58,561 nucleotides of DNA, from the NCBI RefSeq assembly GCF_004010195.1, contig NC_057718.1, positions 32,487,088-32,545,648 on the forward strand, written 5' to 3'. This document shows positions 12,505 through 24,794 of the stretch, one piece after another. Origin of the DNA: Chiloscyllium plagiosum (Eukaryota). Made by a program: the position numbers and the translations under genes. How positions within the stretch are numbered: position 1 is the first letter of the stretch; every line of letters starts with the position of its first letter. The notes below the pieces were generated by a model, which was not told where the DNA came from, ran no database searches, and worked only from the letters and a program-made list of their open reading frames with translations.

Positions 12505-12620
12505 GGGATCTCAGTGTGCAGTGGCAGTGTCCTTGCCTCTGAGCCATTGAGGTCTCGGTTGAAATCTCACCTGCTCCAGAGGTGTGTAATAATATCTCTG
12601 AACAGAATGATTAGAAATGT
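12505..12620 (+). mobile_element. Short tRNA-derived SINE-like repeat (related copies at about 13856-13968 + and 24374-24480 -)
   Basis: The three copies share gtgcagtgg(c/t)agtgt.cct...ctgagcca...ggtt(c/g)aa...cacctg...gtgt.ataa.at.tc..aac...tgattag. Confidence 0.6.
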
Positions 12621-15587
12621 AAAAAGAAAAGAACAGTAGTTGTTTGCTTTGTTAGGAATCCAGAGAGACCTGCCAATAGTCTCTGAGGGTAGGACCTCCA
12701 TTTGCCTCAATCTGGGGCCAATCAGTGGCAAAAACTAGGGATAATGGAGTGAATGAAACAGGCCACCCCCTGCCTTTGTCTCCAATACCGTTTCCCCCAC
12801 AAAAAACCCCAAAAGGTAACAACTACCTTCCTATTGTTTAAGCCTCTCAGACTCCAGCAACAATCCCTCACACCCAGCAGCTTGAGGTGGGAGCTTATTC
12901 AGTTCTGAGGCTTGATATTTGCTGGGATGGATCATTTAGCTGGGTGGAGTTTGGTCAAGTGAACTTTCCTGCTGGTGGAGGTGGAAGTCAGTCACCTCAA
13001 GGACGCCTACCCCCTCATTTAGCACATGGAACACTAAAACTCAACAAATGATTAATTACTTTAACATTTTGTATTTATTAGAAGCATGCAGGACATGGTT
13101 TATATTTGGCATTGGTATTTTTGCATGAAGTGATTTTCCAGTGGCAATTCCACAATCACACATATGGAACGACAGTGCATGGGAGAATGGGTTAGAGAAT
13201 CAAGACTAAAATTCCCATTGAGCCTTGGTTGGATTTGTGTTTATTTACATTAATAACTGCACCAAAAGAACCTCAAAACCTGTCTCAGCCTGAAATGTTG
13301 CTTTTCTTAAAATTATGTCAGAGTACATTCAGGGTTTTGGAAGCATGTCTGGCAGACATTAAAGAATAACATCTGTACTGCAGAAAATACCATTGTTGAG
13401 CCAAATGAACAAGATGAGATTAGCCTTTTAACCTTGTGTTTAAGTGTTTGGCTTCAATATAGATTTTTTTTCAATACTACAACATTCATCAAGGCTTATC
13501 AGTTCTTATGGATTGGCAGTACTTTTTTTAATAAATGCCTTGAGTGCAGTTAGTATCATTTACTCATTGAAAATCTTACCTTCAGGCTCCTGCACTTTCT
13601 TCTCCCTAATTATGCATTTGATATGGTGGACCCTCTTACTCCTCATCCATTACTACCAGTCACTGCCAAGCATTCAGTGTTGATTCTCCCTCCAGTTTAC
13701 TGTCCATAGAAGTAACCATCAGTTCTCCAATCAGCCTCTCATTCTCTATGCTCAAATTGCAAATCCTATGTTGAATTTGTATTGATGCATGCTGTGTTTA
13801 TGATTAAGAGCAGATGATACTAAGTAGGGAAAGGTTAGGGCACATATGGTCTTTTGGGTTCTTGTGACACAGTAGTAACGTCCTTTCCTCGAGGCTAGAA
13901 GCCAAGGTTCAAGTTGCACCTGCCCACGGAAGTGTGTCATAACATGTCCAAACTGCTTGATTAGAAATAATTCTTCTAAGAACCCACTTTCCACCTGAGA
14001 GAGTCTGGTCTGTGAAAGGGGAAGGAAGTCTGCACATATTCTGAACTGAACATTGTGCATAACACAACGTGGAAGAAAAATGGATCAGCTCCTCCTACAG
14101 GGGCTCTGTACTATTTGTTGCCCCAATATTTATTGTTTCATTTGTATTTCCCTATTTTGTCAGGGAACAGCTTTTAGTATCTGTTCAGCTGTTTCATCTT
14201 TATGTTGTTATCTCAGCATGCTGCTGAAAGTTTATTCATTAACTCTTATGGACAATAAATCCCTTTCTTTGTTCTTTCACCATTCATTGGATATTTCTGA
14301 AATATATCTCCTATGAATAGCTAGGACCCTTGTACTCCTTTTGTCAGTTGGATGTTTATCAGAATAACACTGTCATCTGATGTCTAAGATCAGAGCTCCC
14401 AAAATGTGCATTAGAAGATTCTCTGGAACTTCTAATACTCTGTACAATTGCACTGTTTTTCCCGAACTGAAACAAAATTGGTCCACTGAATGAGGAGCCA
14501 GGAAGCCATTTTGAGAAGGTCTTCTCCTGCTTATCAAAGGCTTGAAGGATGTTCTCTGATAGATGAGCATCTCTGATGCTGAGTTCAATCACAGGGCGTT
14601 AGCTATATCAGCAACAACCAGGACGCCAAAGGGAATTGTCTTCGTGGAAAAGTATTTGGTAAATTTCTTCACAATGAGCGAGCTAAAACATAGTATTTCA
14701 AGTATGCATTATGTTCAAGGTGATAGAGATGCAAGATGATAAATCACATCCTGTATCCAGAGACAAATGTATAAAGTTTTTCCCTCATGCTTTTTGTTAA
14801 GGTAATGCCTCTTTCAGATTACTTACTGCAACCAGTTTAAACTTGAAAGTGACAGGAATGTAAATGGTGGATGGGTTTATAGATGCAGTAACGTAACAGA
14901 TGGTTTTGTATATTTTCAAATTAACATTGTGTTTTTTTTAGCTTGTTGGCACTTGTAGTTATTTACATTGCCAAATATACCAGAAGAGCCTCAAGGCCTG
15001 CCTCAACTTGAAACTTAGCTTTTCTTAAAATTCTCTCAGAACACATTCAAGGCGGTGGAAGCATGCCTAGCAGTTGTTAAAAAAAAATGCACCACTCCAA
15101 ATCATTGGTGAGCCAAATAAAGCAGACAAAATCCTGGGTCAGAATCCTGGAATTCCCTTCTTAAGGGCATTATGGATTACCTGCAGCACATGGGGTGCAG
15201 CAGTTCAAGGAGGCAGCTCACCGTGATCTTCTCAAAGGCAACTTGGGAATGGACAGTAAATGTTGACCCAGCCAGCAATACTGATGTCTCACGAGTGAAT
15301 AAAAAAACAAGATTAACCTACAGTATTATGTTTGGTTTCAATGTAAGTTTCTATTATAATACTGTACCATTCTATGTTCTGCTCCTTCATCCTAAGCTCT
15401 TACTATTTAGACATCACACCATCACATATTCCAACTCATTTTGTAACCTTATATCCCTCAACTATGGAATTCCAGATCAATCCTAGTTTATACCTTGCTT
15501 ACGATATTTAGATTTTTAAACCGTCCCTTTCCCCCATTTTGACATTACTTAATCGCCACTTCCTGTTGTATCTCCCCATCTTCTTTC

Positions 15588-16700
15588 ATAGAACATAAAG
15601 CATTACAGTGTAGTACAGGTCCTTCAGCCTTCGATGTTGTGCTGACCTGTGGAACCAGTCTGAAGCCCATCTAATCTACACTGTTCCATTCTTGTCCATA
15701 TGCCTATCCAATGACCATTTCAATGCCCTTAAAGTTGGCGAGTCTACTCCTGTTGCAGGCAATGCATTCCACGCCCCTGCTCCTCTCTGAGTAAAGAAAC
15801 TACCTCTGACATCTGTCCTATATCTATCACCCCTCGATTTAAAGCTACCATCACCATCTGAGAAAAACGTTTCTCACTGTCCACTTTGTCTAACCCTCTA
15901 ATTATTTTATATGTTTCAATTAAGTCACCTCTCAACCTTCTTCTCTCTAATGAAAACAACCTCAAGTCCCTCAACCTTTCCTCGTAAGACCTTCCCTCCA
16001 TACCAGGCAACATCCTAGTAAATCTCCTCTGAACCCTTTCCCAAGCTTCCTATAATGCAGTGATCAGAACTGTACACAATACTCCAAATGTGGCCGCACC
16101 AGAGTTTTGTACAGCTGCAGCATGATCTCAAGGTTCTGAAACTCAATCCCTCTCCCAATAAAAGCTAACACACCATATGCCGCCTTAACAACCATATAAA
16201 CCTGGATGGCAACTTTCAAGAATCTATGTACCTGGACACCAAGATCTCTCTGCTCATCTACACTACTAAGAATCTTACCATTAAGCCAGTATGCTGCATT
16301 CCTGTAATTCCTTCCGAAGTGAATCACCTCACACCTTTTCATACTAAACTCCATTTGCCAGCTCTCAGCCCAGCTCTGCAGCTAATCTATGTCTCTCTGT
16401 AACTACAACATCCTTTGTCACTATCCACAACTCTACCAACCTTAGTGTCATCTGCAAATTTATTAAACCATCCTCCTATGCCCTCATCCAGGTCATTTAT
16501 AAAAATGGCAAACAACAGGGTCCCCTAAACAGATCCTTGCAGTACCCCACTAGTAACTAAACTTCAGGGTGAAAATTTCCCATCAGCCACCATCCTCTGT
16601 CTTCTTTCAACTAGACAATTTCTGATGCAAACCAGTAAATCACTCTCAGTCCCATGCCTCTGTATTTTGTGCATAGCCTACCATGGGGAACCTTATCAAA
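15588..16700 (-). mobile_element. CR1 LINE fragment (RT C-terminal part and 3' tail)
   Basis: The ORFs contain CEVIHFGRN, QRDLGVQVH, LYKTLVRPHLEYCVQF and RLRGDLIETYKI. Confidence 0.93.
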
Positions 16701-18869
16701 CACATCTTTCCTCATCTTTTCAAATGTAATAATGGACTGCACTGTGCAATTTATGTCTTAATGAAATAAACTTACCATGCAGGTCTCCTTAAAGTCTTTG
16801 TAGCAATGCCATTCATACCAAAGTAACTTGTAGCTGATTGCTATTATGCAGTAAACTAAGTTTTGTTTAAGGCAAGATTCTATTGTCGGATTATCTGAAG
16901 ACTTTCCTCTACCGCATTAGACAAAGCAAGCCCTGTCGATTCCAACCCAAAAGAAGGATGCAAGTAGCAAACGGTGAGCAAGAGTCCAACTAGCTAATAT
17001 GAAATGGTGATGGCAGTGGTCGCATGAAGATTTAGTTTAGCCGTACCATTACATCAGAGCTCAGTTCAGTGGATCAGTTATCAGGCAGGCAAAAGTTTCA
17101 CCCAACAATGTAATCAAAACCAGTGTTCTTGCAGAGAGACATATCCAGGCATCGGAGTGTGAAAAATGAATCTTTGACCAATGTAAAATTTCAAAATATA
17201 AATTTATATTTTATAAAGCATTCTAAATTGTTACAGCTGTCAGATATGTATTCTGTCAATCTCTAAACAGATTTATTTGTGTATTTGATACTAATTTATT
17301 TGAAATGGGCAATAAAAAGTATTTTTTGGTCTGAACTGAGCTGTCAACTGGCAAATTAGCATTGAGCTGGTGGCTGTATAAGTTTTCTTGCAGTGGTCTG
17401 CTTGCTTGACCCTGTACAGATTCATCAAAAAGCTAACTTGAACTTACATAAATAGGGTTACGCCGATGTGTGCTAGATCATGGAAAATCTACTGATGGAA
17501 AATTTACTGTCTTTTCATACTCCAATCATGCTTGAATGTTATGCTGCCACCAATCAGCTCAAATCTTTGAGAGGTCGCTACTCGTTCTTTTTTTCTCCTC
17601 TGTTTGTGACCTGTCGCTAGTCTCTTTTTACATTCAAAAGGAAAAGACAAAACAGTGAAAATAAATACATTGTAGGGAGACCCATCGAAAAGGACTCCAA
17701 CCCACTTCAAAGAGGCCTTCAAACAGCTTGATGAAATAAGATTTGAATATGCACCTGAAATACAAAACATGATGAGGAAATGTTTGCATATTTTGTGCAG
17801 TCAACCATCAAATTTGGTCCAACTGGAATATTCTGGTATCATATTGTCCCTCTTCAAGCTTTCATCTGTCAGTTTCATCTTTTTTTTAGTAGTTTTATAT
17901 ATTTGATTAAAATTTTCGATAGTAATTAAGGCACAATACACTGTTTTAGATATATTCCATTTCTGGTACTTCAGACTACACCCGGGATTTTAACTAACAC
18001 AGCTTTGTGTACTAGAACATAATTTGTAAAAATTTTCAAATGTTTAGCAGTGTACTGAATAGGGTTTGGTAAAGGGCGATTTTATTAAACAGCAGAAAGT
18101 CTCTAAGGACATTATTTCAGACATGTTACTCTGGCAAAGATAGCTGGTAACCTGAAGCACTTCCCTAAATGAGGACACACTCAGTTACTGTCACTCCCAG
18201 GGAAAGTGAGTAGGGATCTCTTTATTAAGAATCCATTCTAACTAGAGTTAATGAAAACAATTGTGTTCCATATTGAGTTTAGTGTTTGACCATTTGTGGA
18301 ATTATTATATTTTTCTAGCATTGCATAATCTCTGAATAATCTTCTGGTACCAAATCAGATCCAAGCCATTAAGTGAGACCGAAATCAGACAATTTTCTTT
18401 ATGGATAGAGATTATTAACTACCCAGTCTCACTGCTCCTTCCTACTTTAAAGAAAAAATTGATCAACCTGCTTAGATGTGGCCATTGTATTCTAGGATAC
18501 ACTTGAACATGGACCTCTGACACTATCACAGGCCACCAGACTGTTGTATCCCTTCTGCATCTGTCCAATCAATGAATTATCAGTTAACCAAAATCATCTG
18601 CCTAACCACTTTCTGTATTAATGTTTCCCCATCTTCAAATAAGAGCTTTTGAAGACATCCAGACAATCCTCGAACAAAACTAATGAAATTAAACAAAATA
18701 CTTGTTTCATATTCTATATCTTGCCTGACAAGTAACAAAATTATGTTTTTTTATATTACATATAATACAAGCCTCTTTTCATATTCCTCTGAAAAAGATT
18801 CACCAAAAAGTGACACATACAAAATTTATTTTTTTCATGCTTTTTTTTGTATAATGTAACTTGTCATTC

Positions 18870-20000
18870 CACCAGGCATCCACCTTCAAGGATCTTAAAA
18901 TCATTTCCTTCATAACAGTAAGGTTTTCCTCAGTAACTCTCTTTGTTGAGGATGCATTTTCCCAAAGAGAATGGTCATCTGCATTAGATCATGGGCAAAG
19001 ATATCTCAGATTACCCCTTTTCTCAAATTTCCATTAGAATTGTGGATAAATATGCCCTCATTTATAGCTTCGACAAGTGCTAGTATTTCAACAGCTAAAT
19101 TACTTCTAACGGCAGTTTTTATTTTCTTGGTTTCCCAGGCCATTGGCTAATATTTATTACTCTTTCCCACCAAAAATATGATAAACTCTTGTCATACTTG
19201 AAAAACTATCCTGAAGACTGACGTGAAACATTGTTAAAGTGAACTAGATTCATGTCTTCTGAGTCAGTCAATGCTGGAAACTTGAGTATGCATTTCTGAA
19301 TTCAATTTATTTAAAACTTTATTAGCTTTCAAGATGTACTCAAAAGTATCTTTAATCTTTGTATTCAGTTCCAATATATCATACTGGCATCAAGTCTAGC
19401 CTGAGTGGACAAACAGTACAACTGACCAATCAAACTTCTTAAATGGTCCATTTCTTTTCTGGATGCAAAATCATCTTTCTTGAGGATCTGAAATTGCAGG
19501 GAAACCTCAGCAGGTCTGGCAGCATCTGCGGAGAGTAAGAAGAGGTAATGTGTTGAGTCCAGTGACCCTTCATCATGAATACAGCCCTGCACTTACAGCT
19601 TTTACTGATGTTGATGTTTCAGCAGCTACATTAGGGTCACTGATGAAGGGTCATTGGATACAAAACATTGACTCTGCTTCTTTCTATAGATGCTGCCAGA
19701 CCTGCTGAATTTCACCAGCAAATTCAGTTTGTGTTTCAGACTTCCAACATCTGCAGGTCTTTGATTTTTCTTTGTTGAGAGTCTGGTCTGATTTACTGGG
19801 ATGTGATTAATGACTTCTAAGTAAGACTGTTGATCCAGTATCACTCATGATTTATTCTATTCAACGTCTGATCCTATATATTTAAAGACCCCTGAAGTTT
19901 GCTTCCAAATTTAAATTCCCTTTATAGTTTATCTGTCACACATCTGTCTAATTACATGGATCTTCCTCATAAAAAAACATCAACATGGATCATGCATGTC
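18870..20000 (-). mobile_element. Ty1/Copia (GalEa-like) pol remnant: RT and RNase H, interrupted by a Penelope-like palindrome
   Basis: The reverse strand translates IHVDVFL*G, FKYIG, LDQQSYL, LRSLIGQLYCLSTQARLDAS, FIIFLVG, PMAWETKKIKTAVRSNLAVEILALVEA and DDHSLWENASSTKRVTE. These are Copia-type HVDD RT and RNase H motifs in the expected order. Confidence 0.8.
19482..19766. mobile_element. Fold-back Penelope-like element with two degenerate hammerhead motifs (family A)
   Basis: The left arm (-) is at about 19490-19580. The right arm (+) is at about 19636-19766 and reads CTGATGAagggtcattggatacAAAACATT. Confidence 0.75.
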
Positions 20001-20179
20001 TGGGGCTCTGGATTACTATTGACGTTACCATAATACCACCACCTTCCCATTCAACCAATTGAATCAACTGTCTGTTATATAACTCCCATGATTATCAATT
20101 CTATAATGGAATTAAACTTTGGCGTAATTATGTTTGTCAATTGGCTTTCAGTGCCTTTGTCAAGATCAACATCTATTAC

Positions 20180-20540
20180 TAAGCTTTAATTATCCTGGAG
20201 AAAGTGATGATGAGCTGCCTTCTTGAATTGCAGCAGTCCTTGTGACATAGGTACACCACAATACCATTAGGAAGTGTAGGAGTTCCAAGCTGTTGACCCA
20301 AACATCAGTGAAGGAATGGTGATATATTTCTGAGTCAGCACATTTGTGCAAATTGAAGCGGAACTTGTATTTGGTAGTGTTGCCATGTGTCTACTGGCCT
20401 TGACCTTCCAGTTGGTAGAGTTCACAGGTTGGAAGATGCCATTCAGGAAGCTTTAGCAAACTGCTACATTGCATCAATTCATTGGAAGAAGCAAATGTTT
20501 AAGATGTTGGATGACATACTTACCAAGCACGCTACTATTG
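20180..20540 (-). mobile_element. CR1/L2-group LINE 3' fragment (related tails at about 6290-6497 +, 15135-15306 + and 31040-31140 +)
   Basis: The copies share gggtcaaaatcctgg...ctgcagcagttcaagaaggcagctca. Confidence 0.65.
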
Positions 20541-21154
20541 GATGATGTGTATTGGTATATATTTAGACTGAACCCCAAAATCAAAATACCTCCATAATTT
20601 CTTTTCAGTTTGTTTTAGTAGATTATTAACTACTAAGAAATATTGCTTTATTTTTAATTAAAGGAAGAAAATATATTCCACATCTTCTGCTCTCCATTGC
20701 CCCTCTGTCCCTAAGGTCACAACAAGTCATCGCAAATATAAATAAGTGTGACGAGCTTGATCATACTTTTGTTCAATCTCAGGCTTGCCAATACGAGAGA
20801 AATTAATTAACTTGCAACTGAAATCAAAAACAGTAAAGCACCAAGAAATTGATATGAGTTCACGTTTCACATGACTGGCTTTAGGTGCACTTACTAACAG
20901 AATTAATTTTCACTTTATGAGCTATTTAACTTAGTAAAGATATTAACATTAGCCAAAATTTGCAATTTTTTAAAAGGTTTTATTTTAACTTCGATATCAT
21001 ACTTATATTTCTTATTAAAATAATTGTAAAATATTATACTACTTCTGATAGTCTGTACTATGTCAATGAAACCTACATATTGATTCATACTCAGATTACT
21101 ATCGAATGCACACAGAAGGACAATCTGATCTCACACTTCTGCCAATGCTGTTGA

Positions 21155-21780
21155 TCGCTGGAAATATTCTTGTAAATCTTTCCTGCACCCTTTCTAAATC
21201 TTTCACCTCCTTCTTAAGTTGTGGTGTTCAGAACTGGGCACAACATTCCAATTGAGGCTGAACTAGTAGCTTCCAAGAGTATCCTTATATCTTTACCCTA
21301 TGGATCTGTTTTTAAGATGCAATTTAAACTTCTCGTTACACTTCTCTGCTGCTTTCAATGATTTGTGCACGTGTAACCCCAAGTCTTTGTTTCTTAGCCT
21401 CCTCTAGAATGGTGTACTTCCTTTTAGATTGTCTCTCTTTGTTCTAACACCAGATTATACTACATCGCATTTCAATGCATTAAGTGTTCTCTGCCACGTG
21501 CCCATCTATTCAACAAGCTGTCTAAGTCCTTTTGAAGTTTATCACTATCCACCTCACAGTGCTTTCAAGTTTTGTGTCACTTGCAAATTTAGAAATGTGC
21601 TCTCTGTACCAAGGTTACTGGCAATATTCTATGTTAAGGAAAACAGATGTCTTAGTATTAATCCCGAGGGAACCCCACTTCTTACCTTCCTGCAGTCTGA
21701 AAAACAAGCCTTCACCACTGCTATTTCCTGTCACTTGGCCAACTTCATTTGCAGGCTTTTTGGTCCTTCTCAATGGCTTC
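21155..21780 (-). mobile_element. Old CR1 LINE fragment
   Basis: Decayed cttgtaaatcttt.ctgcaccctttc...cagaactg..cacaa.attcca and tttgtgtca..tgcaaatt (FADDTK) motifs. Confidence 0.7.
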
Positions 21781-22034
21781 AACTTTGGAAGCCCATGCAC
21801 ACTTTATCCACCATATTACATTCCATACTAAATTACAGGGAATGCAAGGCATAGCTGCCAAGAGTCAGACAATTAAAATTAGGAATGCTGAAGAAGCCAG
21901 TATTAGATGAGTATAGATATCTCAGAGGGTCTGCATCCGAATAGGATTACAGAATAGGGAAGGCCATAGATGGATCTGAAACCGAAAGTGAGAATATCAA
22001 AACAAGACATTGATACTCCTGGGACAAGATATGA

Positions 22035-22280
22035 TCATTGGCAGTCCCTCGCAGATGGGGATGACTCTCTTCCACTCTCAGGCTGAGTCCATAGGTGGCT
22101 GTACAGACCAATGAGGCTACTGCAGGCTCTGTTCCACATGGGGCAGAAGGTGGTCATAGGTGGGAGTGGGTGGCAACACGATCCTTTCGCTTTTTCATCA
22201 GGCTTCCCGACGGCAAGTGTCGAGGTGCTCGACGCCTTCCCATTTGCTCCTCCTCCACTTCGGATGGTCTTGGGTCAGTC
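22035..22280 (-). mobile_element. RTE-clade LINE 3' end
   Basis: The reverse strand codes ..SLIGLYSH.., which resembles the RTE ORF C-terminus, followed by a short 3' tail. Confidence 0.6.
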
Positions 22281-23914
22281 CTCATCTTAGAGCCATATAG
22301 GAGGGTGAGATCTCTGGAGCAAGTCTAAATCAGCCAAATGCAGGTGATTTCAGCAGTGGCAGTCAGAGATTGAGTGGATTCTTTCTGGCAGACTCAATAA
22401 TCTGAATGCCAGGTCCAGCATTCCAATGGTACTGTCATTGATTACCAACCAGTTCAGCTCAGTAATGTGACCTGCAGAAGAACTACTATCAAATGGAGAT
22501 TGAGATCGAGATCAAAATTCCTATTAATCAGTTTCAATAGGTCTTCAACCAAATGCCCAACACAAAGGAGGTCCTGGCTAAACAACAATAGGTATCTCAT
22601 TTGTGCTATGTGCTGATAAACTGCAAGTTGCTGGTTAAATCCAAGAGAAGCCCAACATCCTAAACAATTGCTTTAATCTGTCTGTATGGACTTAGATAAT
22701 GGAATGGTTGGAAGTTGGAAGAAAGTATGCAAATAGAATTTCTGCATATAAGTTTTCCAGTAGATAATTTTGACAGCCAAACTCAGAATGAGCCTTGATA
22801 ATGAATGTATTCAGCCAATTCCTTCACGGGAACCCCGCATCTTAAGTTCACCAGTCTTCACGTTGTTGGGGGAGATTCTTTTAACAATGTGCTCTTCCCA
22901 TTGGCAGGTGCACCATTTCCATTCATTTGTTTCCCACCTGATTACAGTTAAAATGTATAGTGCTGGCATGTGGTCATGCAGCAGGGAAGATTCTAAGCCA
23001 TGAAATCCACTATTAGCTCACAAGCATACACCTATGGGCAAGCTAGGAAATGGCCTCTTGGTCAAATAAGGAGGCTCTGTATCACAGGCACAATTCCCTG
23101 CCCAACACCCTTGCCATTAACATAAAACCTGAGAGCACAAAAAGTGGCATGGGTGTTTCTTAAAAATTAAATTTCACTTTAAATATTACACATCGCTGCA
23201 GATTCATTTTATTCATAGGTGCTATAGACCTGCCACATTTCCCATTCTTGCTGGCTCCATCATACCCTCCCTTCTGTCGAATGGGGTTACTAAACTGGGA
23301 ACCAAGGGGCAATATGACCATTGTAGTCTTTGAACTGCAAACATGATAAAAAGACCATGATAGGATATTTTCCCCTTAAAAAGGATGCTCAATAAATTTA
23401 ATATTGTATTTCCAGTTAAGTAAATTGTCATTCATTTAAAATATTTTGGGCCAGAGCTGAAATTGTGTGTATTTTAATTTCCTAGGAAACCCAACCTTAT
23501 TAGATAAATAAATTAAATGATATTTTGACTTAGCCCTATTACTGCTGGTTGTAATAAAAATAAAGCTCAATAGACAAACTTGTCATGGAAGAAATTAAGT
23601 TATCAACCTATTGTGCATGTGAACATTTCCCAAGCTTATAGTATATGCAGTGACTATGTGTACAGTATAATCACTGAACATAATTCCCTTGAACCGTCAG
23701 AAACTTTTTCTGTAGATTACAAACAATGAGTTCACCAAGGAGCAGAACAATAGGGAAGGAAAGGGCAAGAGTTCATGATCCTTTGAAGTCAGCAACCAGA
23801 CATTAATGGCCTTTTATATATTACTAAAATCAACAATCCTCAAACTTTCATGATGAATCCATTCCTTATGAAAAATGATGTGCATTGTCTATAGGTTCCA
23901 ACTGGAACAGAGCA

Positions 23915-24600
23915 ATCACAGATACCATACATTTCTGACACCGAAAGAGGTCCTGTAGCCTATTGTGTCTGTGTTGGTCGACAAATAGCTATTTTGCAAT
24001 CTGACTGTCCTGCAATTGAACTATAACCCTGAGGATCTTAGCCCTTCAAGTAGATGCCGTGGTACTTTTCAAATGTGGTGATGGTTTCAGCCTCTATCTA
24101 CCTTTCAGAGAGTGAGTTCAAGGTTCCTAATGTCCTCTAGGCGAACAAAGTTTCCTCATCTCTCTTCTAATCATTCTATTTTATTTTAAATCTGCCTCCT
24201 GGTTTTGACTGCTCTTTTAATGTAAGTACTTTATCCCTATTTCCTCCACTTAGATCATTCAAATATTTATACACCACAATTAAATCACCTCTCAGTCATG
24301 TCTGTTCCAGGGAAAACAAAAGCTCAACCTTTCCTCATAGGTAAAAATTTTCCAGTACTGGCAATATCTTTGTTAATCAGCCTGTTCAGAGATGTTAATA
24401 CACACCTTTGCAGCTAGTGGGACTTGGACTCAGGAATCCTGGCTCAGACTAGGAACACTACCACTGCACCACCAGATCCTTTACCTATGTACTTTCTTCA
24501 GTATATCATATCTTCCTTATAATGGGATGACTAGAACTCTAAGCAGTATTCAATCTGTTGTCTAATTAGTGTTATATACAGCTCATGCAGATATGTACCA
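23915..24600 (-). mobile_element. Old CR1 LINE 3' fragment with a nested short SINE
   Basis: attaaatcacctctcag...gggaaaacaa (reverse complement of the LFSLE/LRGDLI region). Confidence 0.65.
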
Positions 24601-24794
24601 ATGCCCTTCCTGATCTGCTGCACCCTGCCTATAAACTGTTGGGATTGGAATTCAGATTTTTTAGTATTTTGGCATCCCACTTAACCTAAATTTCCCCTGA
24701 GTCTTTTTTTCCGAACAAGGCAAAATTCAATGTCTAAGAAATGCTGAAGAAATTATTTAAACTAAAGCTATTAGACTGTCTATGAACCATTGGG

